A stretch of 64,000 nucleotides of DNA from an uncultured delta proteobacterium (GTDB lineage: Bacteria > Desulfobacterota > Binatia > JACPRU01), in assembly GCA_963745025.1 (NCBI GenBank), contig CAVUWD010000013.1:384001-448000 (forward strand), in the 5' to 3' direction. A program made the position numbers and the translations under genes. Shown in pieces: positions 42,610 through 51,854 of the stretch. The notes under the pieces were generated by a model, which searched no databases, had not been told where the DNA came from, and was given only the letters and a program-made list of their open reading frames with translations. Numbering within the stretch: position 1 is the stretch's first letter; every line of letters starts with the position of its first letter.

Positions 42610-45287
42610 ATGGACGTCACTCGAAACGATCCCGCTCAGCCGACCGCTGCCGACGCGCCGATTTCATTCCATCGCGACACTCTCCCCGAAGACGATTCCG
42701 AAGCAGCGCGCGTCCTACGCTCCATCGCGCATGGCAAGACCGGGCGAATCGCTCCAGATCTGCTCGTGGAGCACGTGATCGCGATCACCGCCGACGCCGG
42801 GTGGCCGGTCCGCCGCGCCGCGATGGAGGCGTTGCTGCGCCGCCTCCAATTCGCAGAACGCGATGAGCTCAAAGTCGCGACGCGCCCGCCCCGGGGGAAG
42901 CCCTTCGGTATCTATTCGACGCGCCGCCCCGGCGGGGGTGAGCGCCCGTACCGGAGCTTGCTCGCGAGTGTTCACCCGCTGCGCGGCAGTTGCGATTGCG
43001 CAGACTTTCTGCGGAGCTCACTCGGCCTATGCAAACACCTGCTCGTGGTCCTCCAAGACCTCGCGCTTCGCGACCGGGGTTTTCGTCGCTCGACGGGTTC
43101 CTGGTCACCCGGCCCCGGCGAAGCCATTCTCGCCTGGGATCCGCTCCGGCCGCTGAGCGGTCTGGGAGACAGTCTCGAGCGCCTGTGGCTAGTCAGTGGT
43201 GGAAAGAGCGTCGCGGCCGCTCGCGCCTGCGCGCGACTCGAGCGCGAATGGTTCACTCGAGATCGTGGGGGCGAGCTTCGTCTCCGCTTTGCGCACTCGG
43301 ATGATCCTTCGAGGCGTCTCGGCCTCGTGCGCGACCTGCTCGGGAGCCTAGCAGGAAACGGGGCGGCCGGGTTTGTCGCCGAGCCGGCCGCCCGAGCGCT
43401 GCTCGAGGCAGAACGGCAGCGGCTCGAGCTCGTGACCGCCAACCTCGCAGGCTTCGGCTCCCTGCGTGCCGCGCTTCGCGGTCTTAAGCGGAAGCTCTAC
43501 CCGTATCAGCTCGAGGGGGTGGAGCGGTTCTTGAGGAGCGGGCGGCTGCTACTCGCCGACGACATGGGCCTCGGCAAGACGGCGCAGGCGATCGCGGCCT
43601 GCCATGCGCTTCTCGAGACCGGACGTGTCGAGCGTGGGCTCGTGATCGTGCCGGCCAGCCTCAAGCCCCAGTGGCTCCGTGAGTGGCAATTTTTCACCGA
43701 CGCTCCGGTAGCGGTCGTGGAGGGCCCGCCGGCGGAGCGAAAGCGCACGTACCGCGCGCGCTCCCGCGGTTTCTTGGTCGTGAACTACGAACAGGTGCTC
43801 CGCGACCTCGATCTGATGCGCGCCTTCGAGCCGGGGATAGTCGTGCTCGACGAAGCGCAGCGGATCAAGAACTGGGCGACGCACACCGCCATGACGGTGA
43901 AGACGCTCAAGCCTCGCTACCGCCTCGTCCTGACCGGCACGCCGATGGAGAACCGGCTCGACGAGCTGGCCTCGATCCTCGACTTGGTCGACGACGTGGC
44001 GCTCGAGCCCAAGTGGCGACTGGCCCCCTGGCATTCGGCGCAAGCCGACGGGAAGCGCGAGGTCGTCGGCGCGCGGAACCTGGACACGCTGCGCACTCGC
44101 CTTAGGGGCGGCATGCTCCGCCGCGTCCGCAGCGAGGTGCTGAAGCAGCTCCCCGACGAACCGACACCGTCGTGCCGGTCGAGTTGACCGACGCCCAGCG
44201 TGCCGAGCACGACGCACTGAACCAGCCGATCGCGCAGCTCGCGGCGACCGCCAGCCGGCGCCCGCTCACGCAGACGGAGTTCCTTCGCCTCATGAGCCTG
44301 CTCACCACGCAGCGGATGATCGCGAACGGCCTCGCGCAGTACCAGTTCGAGCGGGTCTGGGATGGGATCTCGCGGGTCGCTCCGGACGAGGCGGTGCTGC
44401 GCAGCCTCTCCACGCCGAAGCTCGCGGAGCTCCGTCAGATCGTCGCGCAAGTCGCGGTCGAGCAGGGGCGCAAGGTCGTGGTCTTCAGCCAGTGGCGGCG
44501 CATGCTCCGGCTCGCCCATTGGGCCGTGGCGGATCTTCTCGCCGACGCCGGGCTGCGCGCTGTGTTCTTCACCGGTGAGGAGGGGCAGCGGCAGCGCACG
44601 CAGAACATCGTCGACTTCCACGACGATCGGGCAGCGCGGATGCTCTTCGCGACCGACGCCGGCGGCGTCGGGCTCAATCTGCAGCGCGCCGCGAGCTGCT
44701 GCATCAACCTGGAGCTGCCCTGGAACCCGGCCGTGCTCGAGCAGCGCATCGGCCGCATCTACCGCCTCGGCCAGAAGCGACCGATCGATGTGTACAACCT
44801 GGTGACCGAGTCGAGCATCGAGGCGCAGATCGCGGGGCTTGTGGCCGACAAGAAGGCGCTCTTCGCAGGGCTCTTCGACGGCACGAGCGACGAGGTCCGC
44901 TTCGACCGTTCGGCCTCGTTCCTCGGGCAGCTCTCGAAGATCGCGGAAGCGGCGCCGGCCTTGGTTGCGAATGACCCAGAGCAGGAGCTCGACGCGCTTT
45001 CGGATGACACGGAGGTCGAACGGGCGATCGACGCTGGTGACGGCGGAGATCCTCCGGCCGCCCCGGCGCGCGCCGAAATTCCGGTCGCCGCTCCGGCGCC
45101 CGCCGAGGTCGTGGTCTCTGCTCGGCAGGTGGAGCAGATCTTCGCCGGTCTCGAGGTTCGAGCCCGAGCTGGTGGCGGTCTCGTGATCGAGGCTCGACCG
45201 GAGACGGCGTCAGCGCTGCTCGCGGTGTTCCAGGGAATGGCGAGCCTGCTGGGAACCGTCCGGGGCGCGAACACCCCGGCCCGATGA
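42610..45287 (+). CDS. SWIM zinc finger-SNF2 family helicase (frameshift near 44158)
   Basis: CDC...CKH; DDMGLGKT, DEAQ, LTGTP; C-terminal VVFSQW, GGVGLNLQ, WNPA..EQRIGR in ORF 44172-45287. Confidence 0.88.
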
Positions 45288-45516
45288 GGCTTCATCGGCT
45301 TCACCCGCGAAAGAGCGAGGTGCGGATCTTCGACCACGTAGACCGCGATGTTCCGGTCCTGCTGCGAATGTTCAAGCGGCCTTTCCGCGTGTATCGCACC
45401 ATCGGGTACGCCCACGGCGAGACGCCGCTCGGCTGCTCGCAACCGCGCGACGAGCCGACGATCGAGTGGGACAAAGATGCCCGTCGCCATTTCGATGAGT
45501 CGGGGCGGGGATCGTC

Positions 45517-46113
45517 TTGACCCGCAAGTCCGGACCCGCCGTCGTCGCTCTCGCCGGCTCCAACGGTGCTGGGAAGTCTACGACAGGGCCTCTCCTCCTT
45601 CGGGACGCGCTCGGGATCACGGAATTTGTCAACGCCGATGTGATCGCTCAGGGTCTTTCAGCGTTCAATCCGGAAGGCGCGTCGATTGCGGCCGGCAGGG
45701 TCATGCTCGCGCGCCTTCACGAGCTCGCGGACCGCAGAGTAGACTTCGGTTTCGAGACTACGCTCGCGGGTCGTGCCTACGCCGGTTGGATTAAGGAACT
45801 GCGAAGGAGAGGCTATAGCTTCCATCTGATCTATCTCTGGCTACGGGACGTCGATCTCGCCATCAAGCGAGTCAGAAAGCGCGTCGATCTCGGCGGCCAC
45901 GATGTCCCAGAGGAGACGATTCGCCGTCGCTACCGGGCCGGATTGGTGAACTTCTTCGGCATCTACCGACCTCTTGCGAAGACCTGGCGGTTCTACGACA
46001 ACTCCCTCGAGGGAGGACCCCTCTTGATCGCCGAAGGCACGGGGAGCAAAGTCAGGACCATCCGAGATCGAGACACTTGGCATACGGTGAACCGCGAGCT
46101 GAAGAACAAATGA
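45517..46113 (+). CDS. Zeta-toxin-like P-loop ATPase
   Basis: AGSNGAGKST, FVNAD.IA, FETTL, RV..GGH.VP. Confidence 0.88.
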   Translation: MTRKSGPAVVALAGSNGAGKSTTGPLLLRDALGITEFVNADVIAQGLSAFNPEGASIAAGRVMLARLHELADRRVDFGFETTLAGRAYAGWIKELRRRGYSFHLIYLWLRDVDLAIKRVRKRVDLGGHDVPEETIRRRYRAGLVNFFGIYRPLAKTWRFYDNSLEGGPLLIAEGTGSKVRTIRDRDTWHTVNRELKNK

Positions 46114-46364
46114 AGCGCAAACCTCGTCGCTCCGTCGACGAACTCATGGACGAGGGGACGCTCGTGGATGCCGCTCTGCGGCGTGCGGCTCGCGAGGCAC
46201 TTCGGCGTCACAAACTTGCTGGTGTACCGATCGCCGTCTGGCGCGACGGGAGGACGGTTGAGATCCCTCCCGCACGGATCAAGATTCCGGTTGACCGTCC
46301 GGAAGGAACGATGTCCGTGCCCGGGAGAATGCGCCCCAGCCCCGAGGTTTCCGAGTCAAGGTAA
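46110..46364 (+). CDS. Small partner protein (putative antitoxin) of the zeta-like ATPase
   Basis: ATGA overlap; A.REAL.RHK..G.PIAVWRDG..V.IP. Confidence 0.7.
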   Translation: MKRKPRRSVDELMDEGTLVDAALRRAAREALRRHKLAGVPIAVWRDGRTVEIPPARIKIPVDRPEGTMSVPGRMRPSPEVSESR

Positions 46365-46427
46365 CGGTCGAGACGAACAAAAGCCCATAGGATAAAGGGA
46401 TCCGTTCTGAGACGGGGATGGTCGTTG

Positions 46428-46473
46428 ATGGCATTCAGGAGGTCGAGGGTTCGATCCTCCCTTCAGCTCCACT
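46428..46473 (+). repeat. att-site copy of the tRNA-Ala 3' half
   Basis: ATGGCATTCAGGAGGTCGAGGGTTCGA(TC)CTCCCTTCAGCTCCACT. Confidence 0.92.
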
Positions 46474-46718
46474 GTTATGTCAATAGCTTAGGCAGTGTAG
46501 ATTCAAGATTGTTAGCCATAGGTAGCAAGTAGGTAACAACCCGGCCCAACGGCCAGAGCGCCGATCCGCCCTTCAACCAACTTCTCCTCCCATCGGCAGC
46601 ACGGAATCTAGCCATAGGGGCGACCGTCGGGCGGAATCGGGAACAGCTCGGCCCGCGCCGCCCGACGGGAGGGGTCCGAAGTTCTGGAAACGAGGAGTGA
46701 ACCGAGACGAGGACGGCG

Positions 46719-47203
46719 GTGACCGGGGCGAACGCGATACGACTGGCCGACGCGATCCACGCCACGCGGGCGGAGTTCGGTGAGGTGCGGAAGCGTGACT
46801 GGCGACCGCGTCCCGCGGACCTCGCGGACGTCCTCACGGAAACCGTCGCGGCGGCGATCGGGCTGATGGTCCGGCGGGTGAACGCGATGGTTACGGAGGG
46901 AATCCTCCCCCGGCCGCGGTCCGTGGTCATCACAACCTTCCAGCTGCCGTCGCGGCCTACGTCCGCTGGCGCGAGTAGGGCCGCGGTCCCGCGGGCGACG
47001 AGCGGATCACCTAGATCCGGCGGAAGCGCGAGGCCGAGGAACTGCGGATCGCGCGGACGAAGGCCAACCTCGCCGAGGGGAAGGTCGTGCTTCTCGACGA
47101 CGTCGGGCAGGCGATCGACGAGGGGTTCGTCATCATCACGTAGGGACTCAACGGGTTGGGCGGACCTCTCGCATCGGAACTATCCGACGTCTCCGATCGA
47201 TGA
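46719..47203 (+). pseudogene. Phage terminase small subunit (Nu1-like) relic; one frameshift and three in-frame TAG
   Basis: VAAAIGLMVRRVNAMVTEGILPR / RGHHNLPAAVAAYVRW...ELRIARTKANLAEGKVV...GLNGLGGPLASEL. Confidence 0.6.
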
Positions 47204-47452
47204 AATCCATCTCGCTCGAAGTTCCTATTCAAATTTAATTCAAGATGCAGGCGGAGTGCGGCGGTCAGCCGTCAAGAGAGATCGGAAAAGTCGGAGGTCA
47301 TGAAAAACCTTTCACGGCGGATCCGTGCTCGTCAGCTCGCGGCGATAATCACGCCGGCTCCGACGAAGAGCGCCCTCAGAACGAGCCGCGACACGCAGCC
47401 GCCATAGCACGTTCCGTACATCGAAAAGCTCTATCTCCTGTCCCCACCCGGC

Positions 47453-47507
47453 TTGACTGGCTGGATTGCGCTCGTCATGATTCATCCGCTTTCATGACGA
47501 TCGTCAT
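47453..47507 (+). promoter_or_regulatory. Sigma70 promoter with TetR-type operators (copy A)
   Basis: TTGACT-N17-CATGAT; perfect palindrome ATGACGATCGTCAT at 47494-47507. Confidence 0.75.
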
Positions 47508-47572
47508 CCAACAGCATAGACGCTCGCCGACGAGGCTGCAACTCCGCCGGCAGCTTTAGCTCCAATCCGAGA

Positions 47573-49088
47573 ATGACCGGCGAACACGACCTCTTGCAGC
47601 ACCGCGACCAACCCACGGAGCTTTCTGCTCGTTCACTCGGCTGGCTGCGATACCTCCACCGCAAGGCCCACACTCCCGACGACTGGGATCGTGACGGGCG
47701 CCCCCACCCGCATTGGGACAATCGGTCCGATCCGCCGATGGCGAGTTGGCACCGCTTCGACCTCGTCGACTCGTCGTACGCGATCGGGCTCATGGCGCAC
47801 CGCACGCCCGCGTGGACGCGAGCCGTACGTCGCGATCCTCGATCAGCTGATCGAGCGGCACACCGGCTGGTGGTCGGCCGCCGACTGGCTCACCCAGTTC
47901 GGCCACGACCCCGATCGGGCCAACTACCCCGACGTCTACCGGCTGTTCATCCCGCGCGAGCTGTGGGGGACTACGACGTGCCGGGCTGGACCGCGAACGG
48001 GATCGAGCCGTGGGGCGTCCAGATGGACCCGATCGCCGCGGACGGCATGCTGTTCTACAAGGGCTTCTTGCTCGTGCTGCTCGGCATCCGCGTCGATGAT
48101 CGGCCGACGACCGGTGGAACCGAGCCGTTCGAGATGATCCGCGACGGCGAGCACACCTTCACGTGGTCCCACGCCGCGATCGCCGACACTTCTGAACCGG
48201 CAGTGGATGGCGGCGCCGATCGGCTGCCATTGAGAGAACACCAAGATCTGGCCGTTCTGACTGGCCGGCGCGGGCCTCGGTCTGAGGCTCCACGACAACC
48301 GATACGGCACCGACTACCATCAGCAGGCGTTCGACCCGTGGTGGGCAGTACGCGCGGCAGCACTACCTCGATCTCACCGGTGAGCGGGGCGCCGACAGAC
48401 GACGACCTTCTACTACGACCCGATCATCGACGTGCACCATCGACTGCCGGTGCGGGCGGCGTTGTTCAGCTGCTTCTATTCGTCGGCGCAGGTGCCGGAC
48501 GACGCACGCCGGCTGTTTGACGCGGCGAGCAGGTCAGCGGGGCTCACCGCCGACCCGCTCGAGAGGCTGCGAGACGTGCGGGGACCGGCGATTGCCCTCG
48601 CGCTGAGCCGTGAATGGAGGATCACCGACCTCGAAGCACGGCTCAGCCGCGCGATCGACGCGCAGTTCGAACCGACCTGGGATCACGAGCGAGGCGAGTT
48701 CACCTGGGGCCTCGGCCTGGGTGAGGAGCATCCACGGGGCCAGTACAACGCGTTCCTCGCCACCGCCGAGGCCGCGTCGCCAGGAGCCTGGACCCGCCTG
48801 TCCGCGGCGCCGCTCGGAGCGTGCCCGCAAGTGGTCGGAGTCGACTTCCCGAACGTGGCTCTCGCCCGGGCCCTGTGGGTCAACAGCGTGCTCTACCTCC
48901 GGCTCGACGTCCACCGACCCGATCCCGCCGTTCGCACAACCTTTCGGATTCTAGATGCCGAACCCGGTCGAGCCTGGTCGCTGGTAGGAGCGGAGCGCTC
49001 CACGATCGAGCGCGATGGCAACACTCTGGTCGTTACGACGCCCATGCGATCAGGGGATCTCCGGATCGAGCCCCTCGCGGATCCCTAG
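47573..49088 (+). CDS. Linalool dehydratase/isomerase-like protein with two in-frame TGA (candidate Sec) at the catalytic Cys positions; multiple indels (sequencing error or decay)
   Basis: DPIAADGMLFYKGFL and GCH*ENTKIWPF*LAGAGLGLRLHDNRYGTDY align to LinD DPI...IMYKGHL and [29 protein letters not shown]. Confidence 0.75.
48272..48290 (+). promoter_or_regulatory. Bacterial SECIS-like hairpin
   Basis: GGGCCTC-GGTCT-GAGGCTC starting 11 nt after TGA 48258-48260. Confidence 0.7.
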
Positions 49089-49090
49089 GC

Positions 49091-49246
49091 CTCGACGCTG
49101 CTGTAGAAGGTACCGTGAGTGAGGCCGGCAGCCTCGGTGATCGCGTCGACCCTGGCGCGATCGATCCCGTGCTCCCGGAGCAGTTCTGCCCGGCGCGTCG
49201 AGGATCCGTCGGCGGTTCTCCTCGCTGCCTGCTTCGATACACGCAT
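49091..49246 (-). pseudogene. Truncated TetR regulator (paralog of 60431-61012)
   Basis: MRVSKQAA..ENRRRILD...VDAITEAAGLTHGTFYS with indels; no C-terminal domain. Confidence 0.75.
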
Positions 49247-49275
49247 CAAAAAGCCCCCTCCGTTCCGCCACCCGC

Positions 49276-49304
49276 TTGATTGAATTAATTGCGACCGTCA
49301 TGAT
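49276..49304 (+). promoter_or_regulatory. Sigma70 promoter/TetR operator (copy B)
   Basis: TTGATT-N17-CATGAT containing ATTGCGACCGTCAT. Confidence 0.7.
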
Positions 49305-49364
49305 TAGCCAAGGTAGCTGCTAACCGGCGGGCCGCAATTCCGTCGCGAGAGGAGGAAGAACCCG

Positions 49365-50378
49365 ATGGCCGAGAGCAACCGCAAATGGGTGCTGAAGTCG
49401 CGTCCGAAGGGGATGATCGACCGCGCCAACTTCGAGTGGCGGGAAGAACCGAGGCCTGAGATCCACGACGGCCAGTTTCTCGTGCGCAACCTCTGGCTCT
49501 CCTGCGACCCCGCGCAGCGCGCGTGGATGGAGATCGACACCTACATCCCGAAGATTCCGCTTGGCGAAGTGATGCTCGCACTGTCCGCCGGGGAGGTCGT
49601 CGAATCGAAGCATCCCGGCTTTCAAAAGGGCGACCGCGTGACCGGGTCATGGGGTTGGCAGGACTACGCCGCCACGGACGGATCCGGTCTCCTCGCGGCG
49701 ATGAAGATTCCACCCGGCGTCGATTTCCCGATCGCCCTCTCGCTCTTCGGCGTGACCGGACTCACCGCGTATTTCGGCCTTCTCGACGTCGGCGCACCCA
49801 AGCCGGGCGACACGGTTGTCGTCTCCGGTGCCGCCGGCTCGACCGGGTCGTTCGCGGCGCAGCTCGCGAAGATCAAGGGTTGCCGCGTCATCGGCATCGC
49901 CGGCGGCGAGAAGAAGTGCGCCTGGTTGACGAAGGAGCTCGGCCTCGACGCGGCGATCGACTATCGGAAGGGCGACGTCGGCGCCCGCCTGCGCGAGTTC
50001 GCGCCGCGGGGCATCGACGTCTACTTCGACAACGTGGGCGGCGAGATCCTCGACGCCGTGCTGGCGAACCTGGCCGTCGGCGCTCGCATCGCGCTCTGCG
50101 GTGCGATCTCCGGGTACAACGACATGCGGCACCCGGTGGGCCTCACCAACACCACGAACTTGATCGTCAAATGTGGGACGATGCGCGGGTTTCTGGTGAT
50201 GCAGTTCGCGGCGCGGTTCGGCGCGGCGATCGCCGAGCTCGCGGGGTGGGCGGCCGCTGGCAAGATCAAGAGCGAGATCGACGTCGTCGAAGGGCTCGAA
50301 AACGCGCCCGCGGCGCTGCGGCGGCTGTTCGCCGGCGAGAACCTCGGCAAGCAGCTCGTGAAGGTTGCAGCGCCATGA
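49365..50378 (+). CDS. NADP-dependent alkenal/enone reductase (CurA/PTGR-like MDR)
   Basis: LSCDPAQR, GLTAYFGL, VSGAAG, DVYFDNVGG, G.N.GK. Confidence 0.92.
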   Translation: MAESNRKWVLKSRPKGMIDRANFEWREEPRPEIHDGQFLVRNLWLSCDPAQRAWMEIDTYIPKIPLGEVMLALSAGEVVESKHPGFQKGDRVTGSWGWQDYAATDGSGLLAAMKIPPGVDFPIALSLFGVTGLTAYFGLLDVGAPKPGDTVVVSGAAGSTGSFAAQLAKIKGCRVIGIAGGEKKCAWLTKELGLDAAIDYRKGDVGARLREFAPRGIDVYFDNVGGEILDAVLANLAVGARIALCGAISGYNDMRHPVGLTNTTNLIVKCGTMRGFLVMQFAARFGAAIAELAGWAAAGKIKSEIDVVEGLENAPAALRRLFAGENLGKQLVKVAAP

Positions 50379-50448
50379 AGACCAAGACGTCTCTCGTGAC
50401 GGGGACCTGAGGGGCCGATGCGTCAGCATGGAATAGAAAGGAGCTCGC

Positions 50449-51187
50449 ATGGTCGTCTTCGTCCACGGAGTCCCCGAAACCCATCATCTCTGGAGGGGCA
50501 TCCGCGAAGCGCTCGGTCGCAAGGACACGATCGCCGTCGCCTGTCCCGGTTTCGGCAACCCGCGACCCACCCGCTTCGCGGCGACGAAGGAAGCCTACGT
50601 CGATTGGCTCGTCGCCGAGCTCGAGAAGATCGGCGAGGCCGTCGACCTCGTCGGCCACGACTGGGGCGGCGCTTTCACCGTGCGTGTCGCGTCGATTCGT
50701 CCCGACCTCCTCAGTTCATGGGTGAGCGACGCCGCCGGCATCTGCGACGTCAACTTCGAGTGGCATGAGTTCGCCAAGGTCTGGCAGGCCCGGAGCTGGC
50801 GAGGAATTCTGGCGGCGGCAGCTCGCGATGCCGCTCGAGGACCGCGCGCAGACGTTCGTCGACTTCGGCGTCCCGCTCGAGAAGGCGCGCGATCTCGCCG
50901 GCCGCATCGATCGCACGATGGGCGAAGTGATCCTCGCGCTCTACCGCTCCGCGGTGAACGTCGGCCTCGAATGGGCGCCGGCGGTCGCGCAGATCAAAAC
51001 GCCGGGCCTCGTCGTGCTCTCCGAGCTCGACCCGTTCGTGAACGCCGATCGCTGGGAGGAGTCGGCGCGCAAGTCAGGCGCGAAGGTCGCACGACTCGAG
51101 GGCCTCGGCCACTGGTGGCCGCTCCAAGACCCCTCGCGCGGCGCGAGAATGCTCCGCGAGTTCTGGTCCTCGCTCGGACGTGCGTGA
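50449..51187 (+). CDS. Alpha/beta hydrolase (epoxide hydrolase/dehalogenase-like), frameshift near 50790
   Basis: VHGVPE, GHDWGG, D..V, GHWW. Confidence 0.8.
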
Positions 51188-51269
51188 CGACGGCACCCGC
51201 TGCGGCGAGTGCGACGCCGAGTGCTCGCTGCGGCGTCACCGAGACCTGCAGCGCGCGCTCACCGCATCT

Positions 51270-51407
51270 CCTGCGAGGCTCGAGGCGGTGGCGGCCCAAT
51301 CCGGCTCGGCCAGCGCGGAGGTAGTGCGCCGCGTCTTCCTGCGCCTGCTCGGCAACACGCCCTCCGACTACCGCGTCCGCTTCGCCGAGCGAGAGCCCGC
51401 TCCATGA
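51270..51407 (+). pseudogene. C-terminal fragment of an AraC/GlxA-family regulator
   Basis: LEAVAAQSG..SAEVVRRVFLRLLGNTPSDYRVRF. Confidence 0.65.
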
Positions 51408-51419
51408 GGCACCCCGTCC

Positions 51420-51670
51420 ACTACGCCTGGAAGGTCGCCGCGGCTCACGACGTCGCGTCCGAGCGCCATCATGTGTACCTGGTCCCGGCCATCCGCCTGA
51501 CGGCACCAGCGGGCGTAGTTGAACGCTTCGGCCATCGGGTAATCGGCTGTTAGGCCGGCGGCCCCGTGGATCTGCATGCAGTGGTCGATCACCACCTGCG
51601 CCATCAGTGGCGCCGTGATCTTCGCGGCGCCGATCCTGTCGCGTGCCTCCTTGGGCCGACCTCGTCCATG
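51420..51670 (-). pseudogene. C-terminal fragment of an acyl-CoA dehydrogenase
   Basis: AAKI.AP.MAQ.VID.CMQIHGAAG......P.A......R..R.ADG.D.VH. Confidence 0.75.
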
Positions 51671-51700
51671 CGCTCTCCAGCCACCCGCTGCCGATTATCG

Positions 51701-51801
51701 ATGACGCTCGTCATCAAGAAAACTTAGTCAAAGATCACAAACCCGCTTGACTGAATTGATGGCGATCGTCATGATTCACTTACTTTGATGACGGGCGTCA
51801 T
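51701..51801 (+). promoter_or_regulatory. Sigma70 promoter with three TetR-type operators (copy C)
   Basis: ATGACGCTCGTCAT 51701; TTGACT(51747)-N17-CATGAT; ATGACGGGCGTCAT 51788. Confidence 0.75.
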
Positions 51802-51854
51802 CGAAAACGGAAACCATCGGGGCCGCGGCTCCACCGCGAGCGCAAGGAGGATTC

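Larger units (their letters stand above)
41059..46473. mobile_element. Integrase-less genomic islet bounded by direct repeats of the tRNA-Ala 3' half
   Basis: 41059-41102 repeated at 46428-46473 (2-nt insertion); defence/TA cargo. Confidence 0.85.

Noticed and set aside
45284-45520. 78-aa ORF as a confident gene
   Set aside because: The overlaps fit coupling, but there is no recognisable motif; mentioned only within the islet finding.
46428-46473. Second tRNA-Ala gene
   Set aside because: Only the 3' half is present, with a 2-nt insertion in the T arm; it is an att-site remnant.
46600-46700. Lambda-like cos site upstream of the terS relic
   Set aside because: Only partial resemblance (GGGGCGACC) in GC-rich DNA; not supportable.
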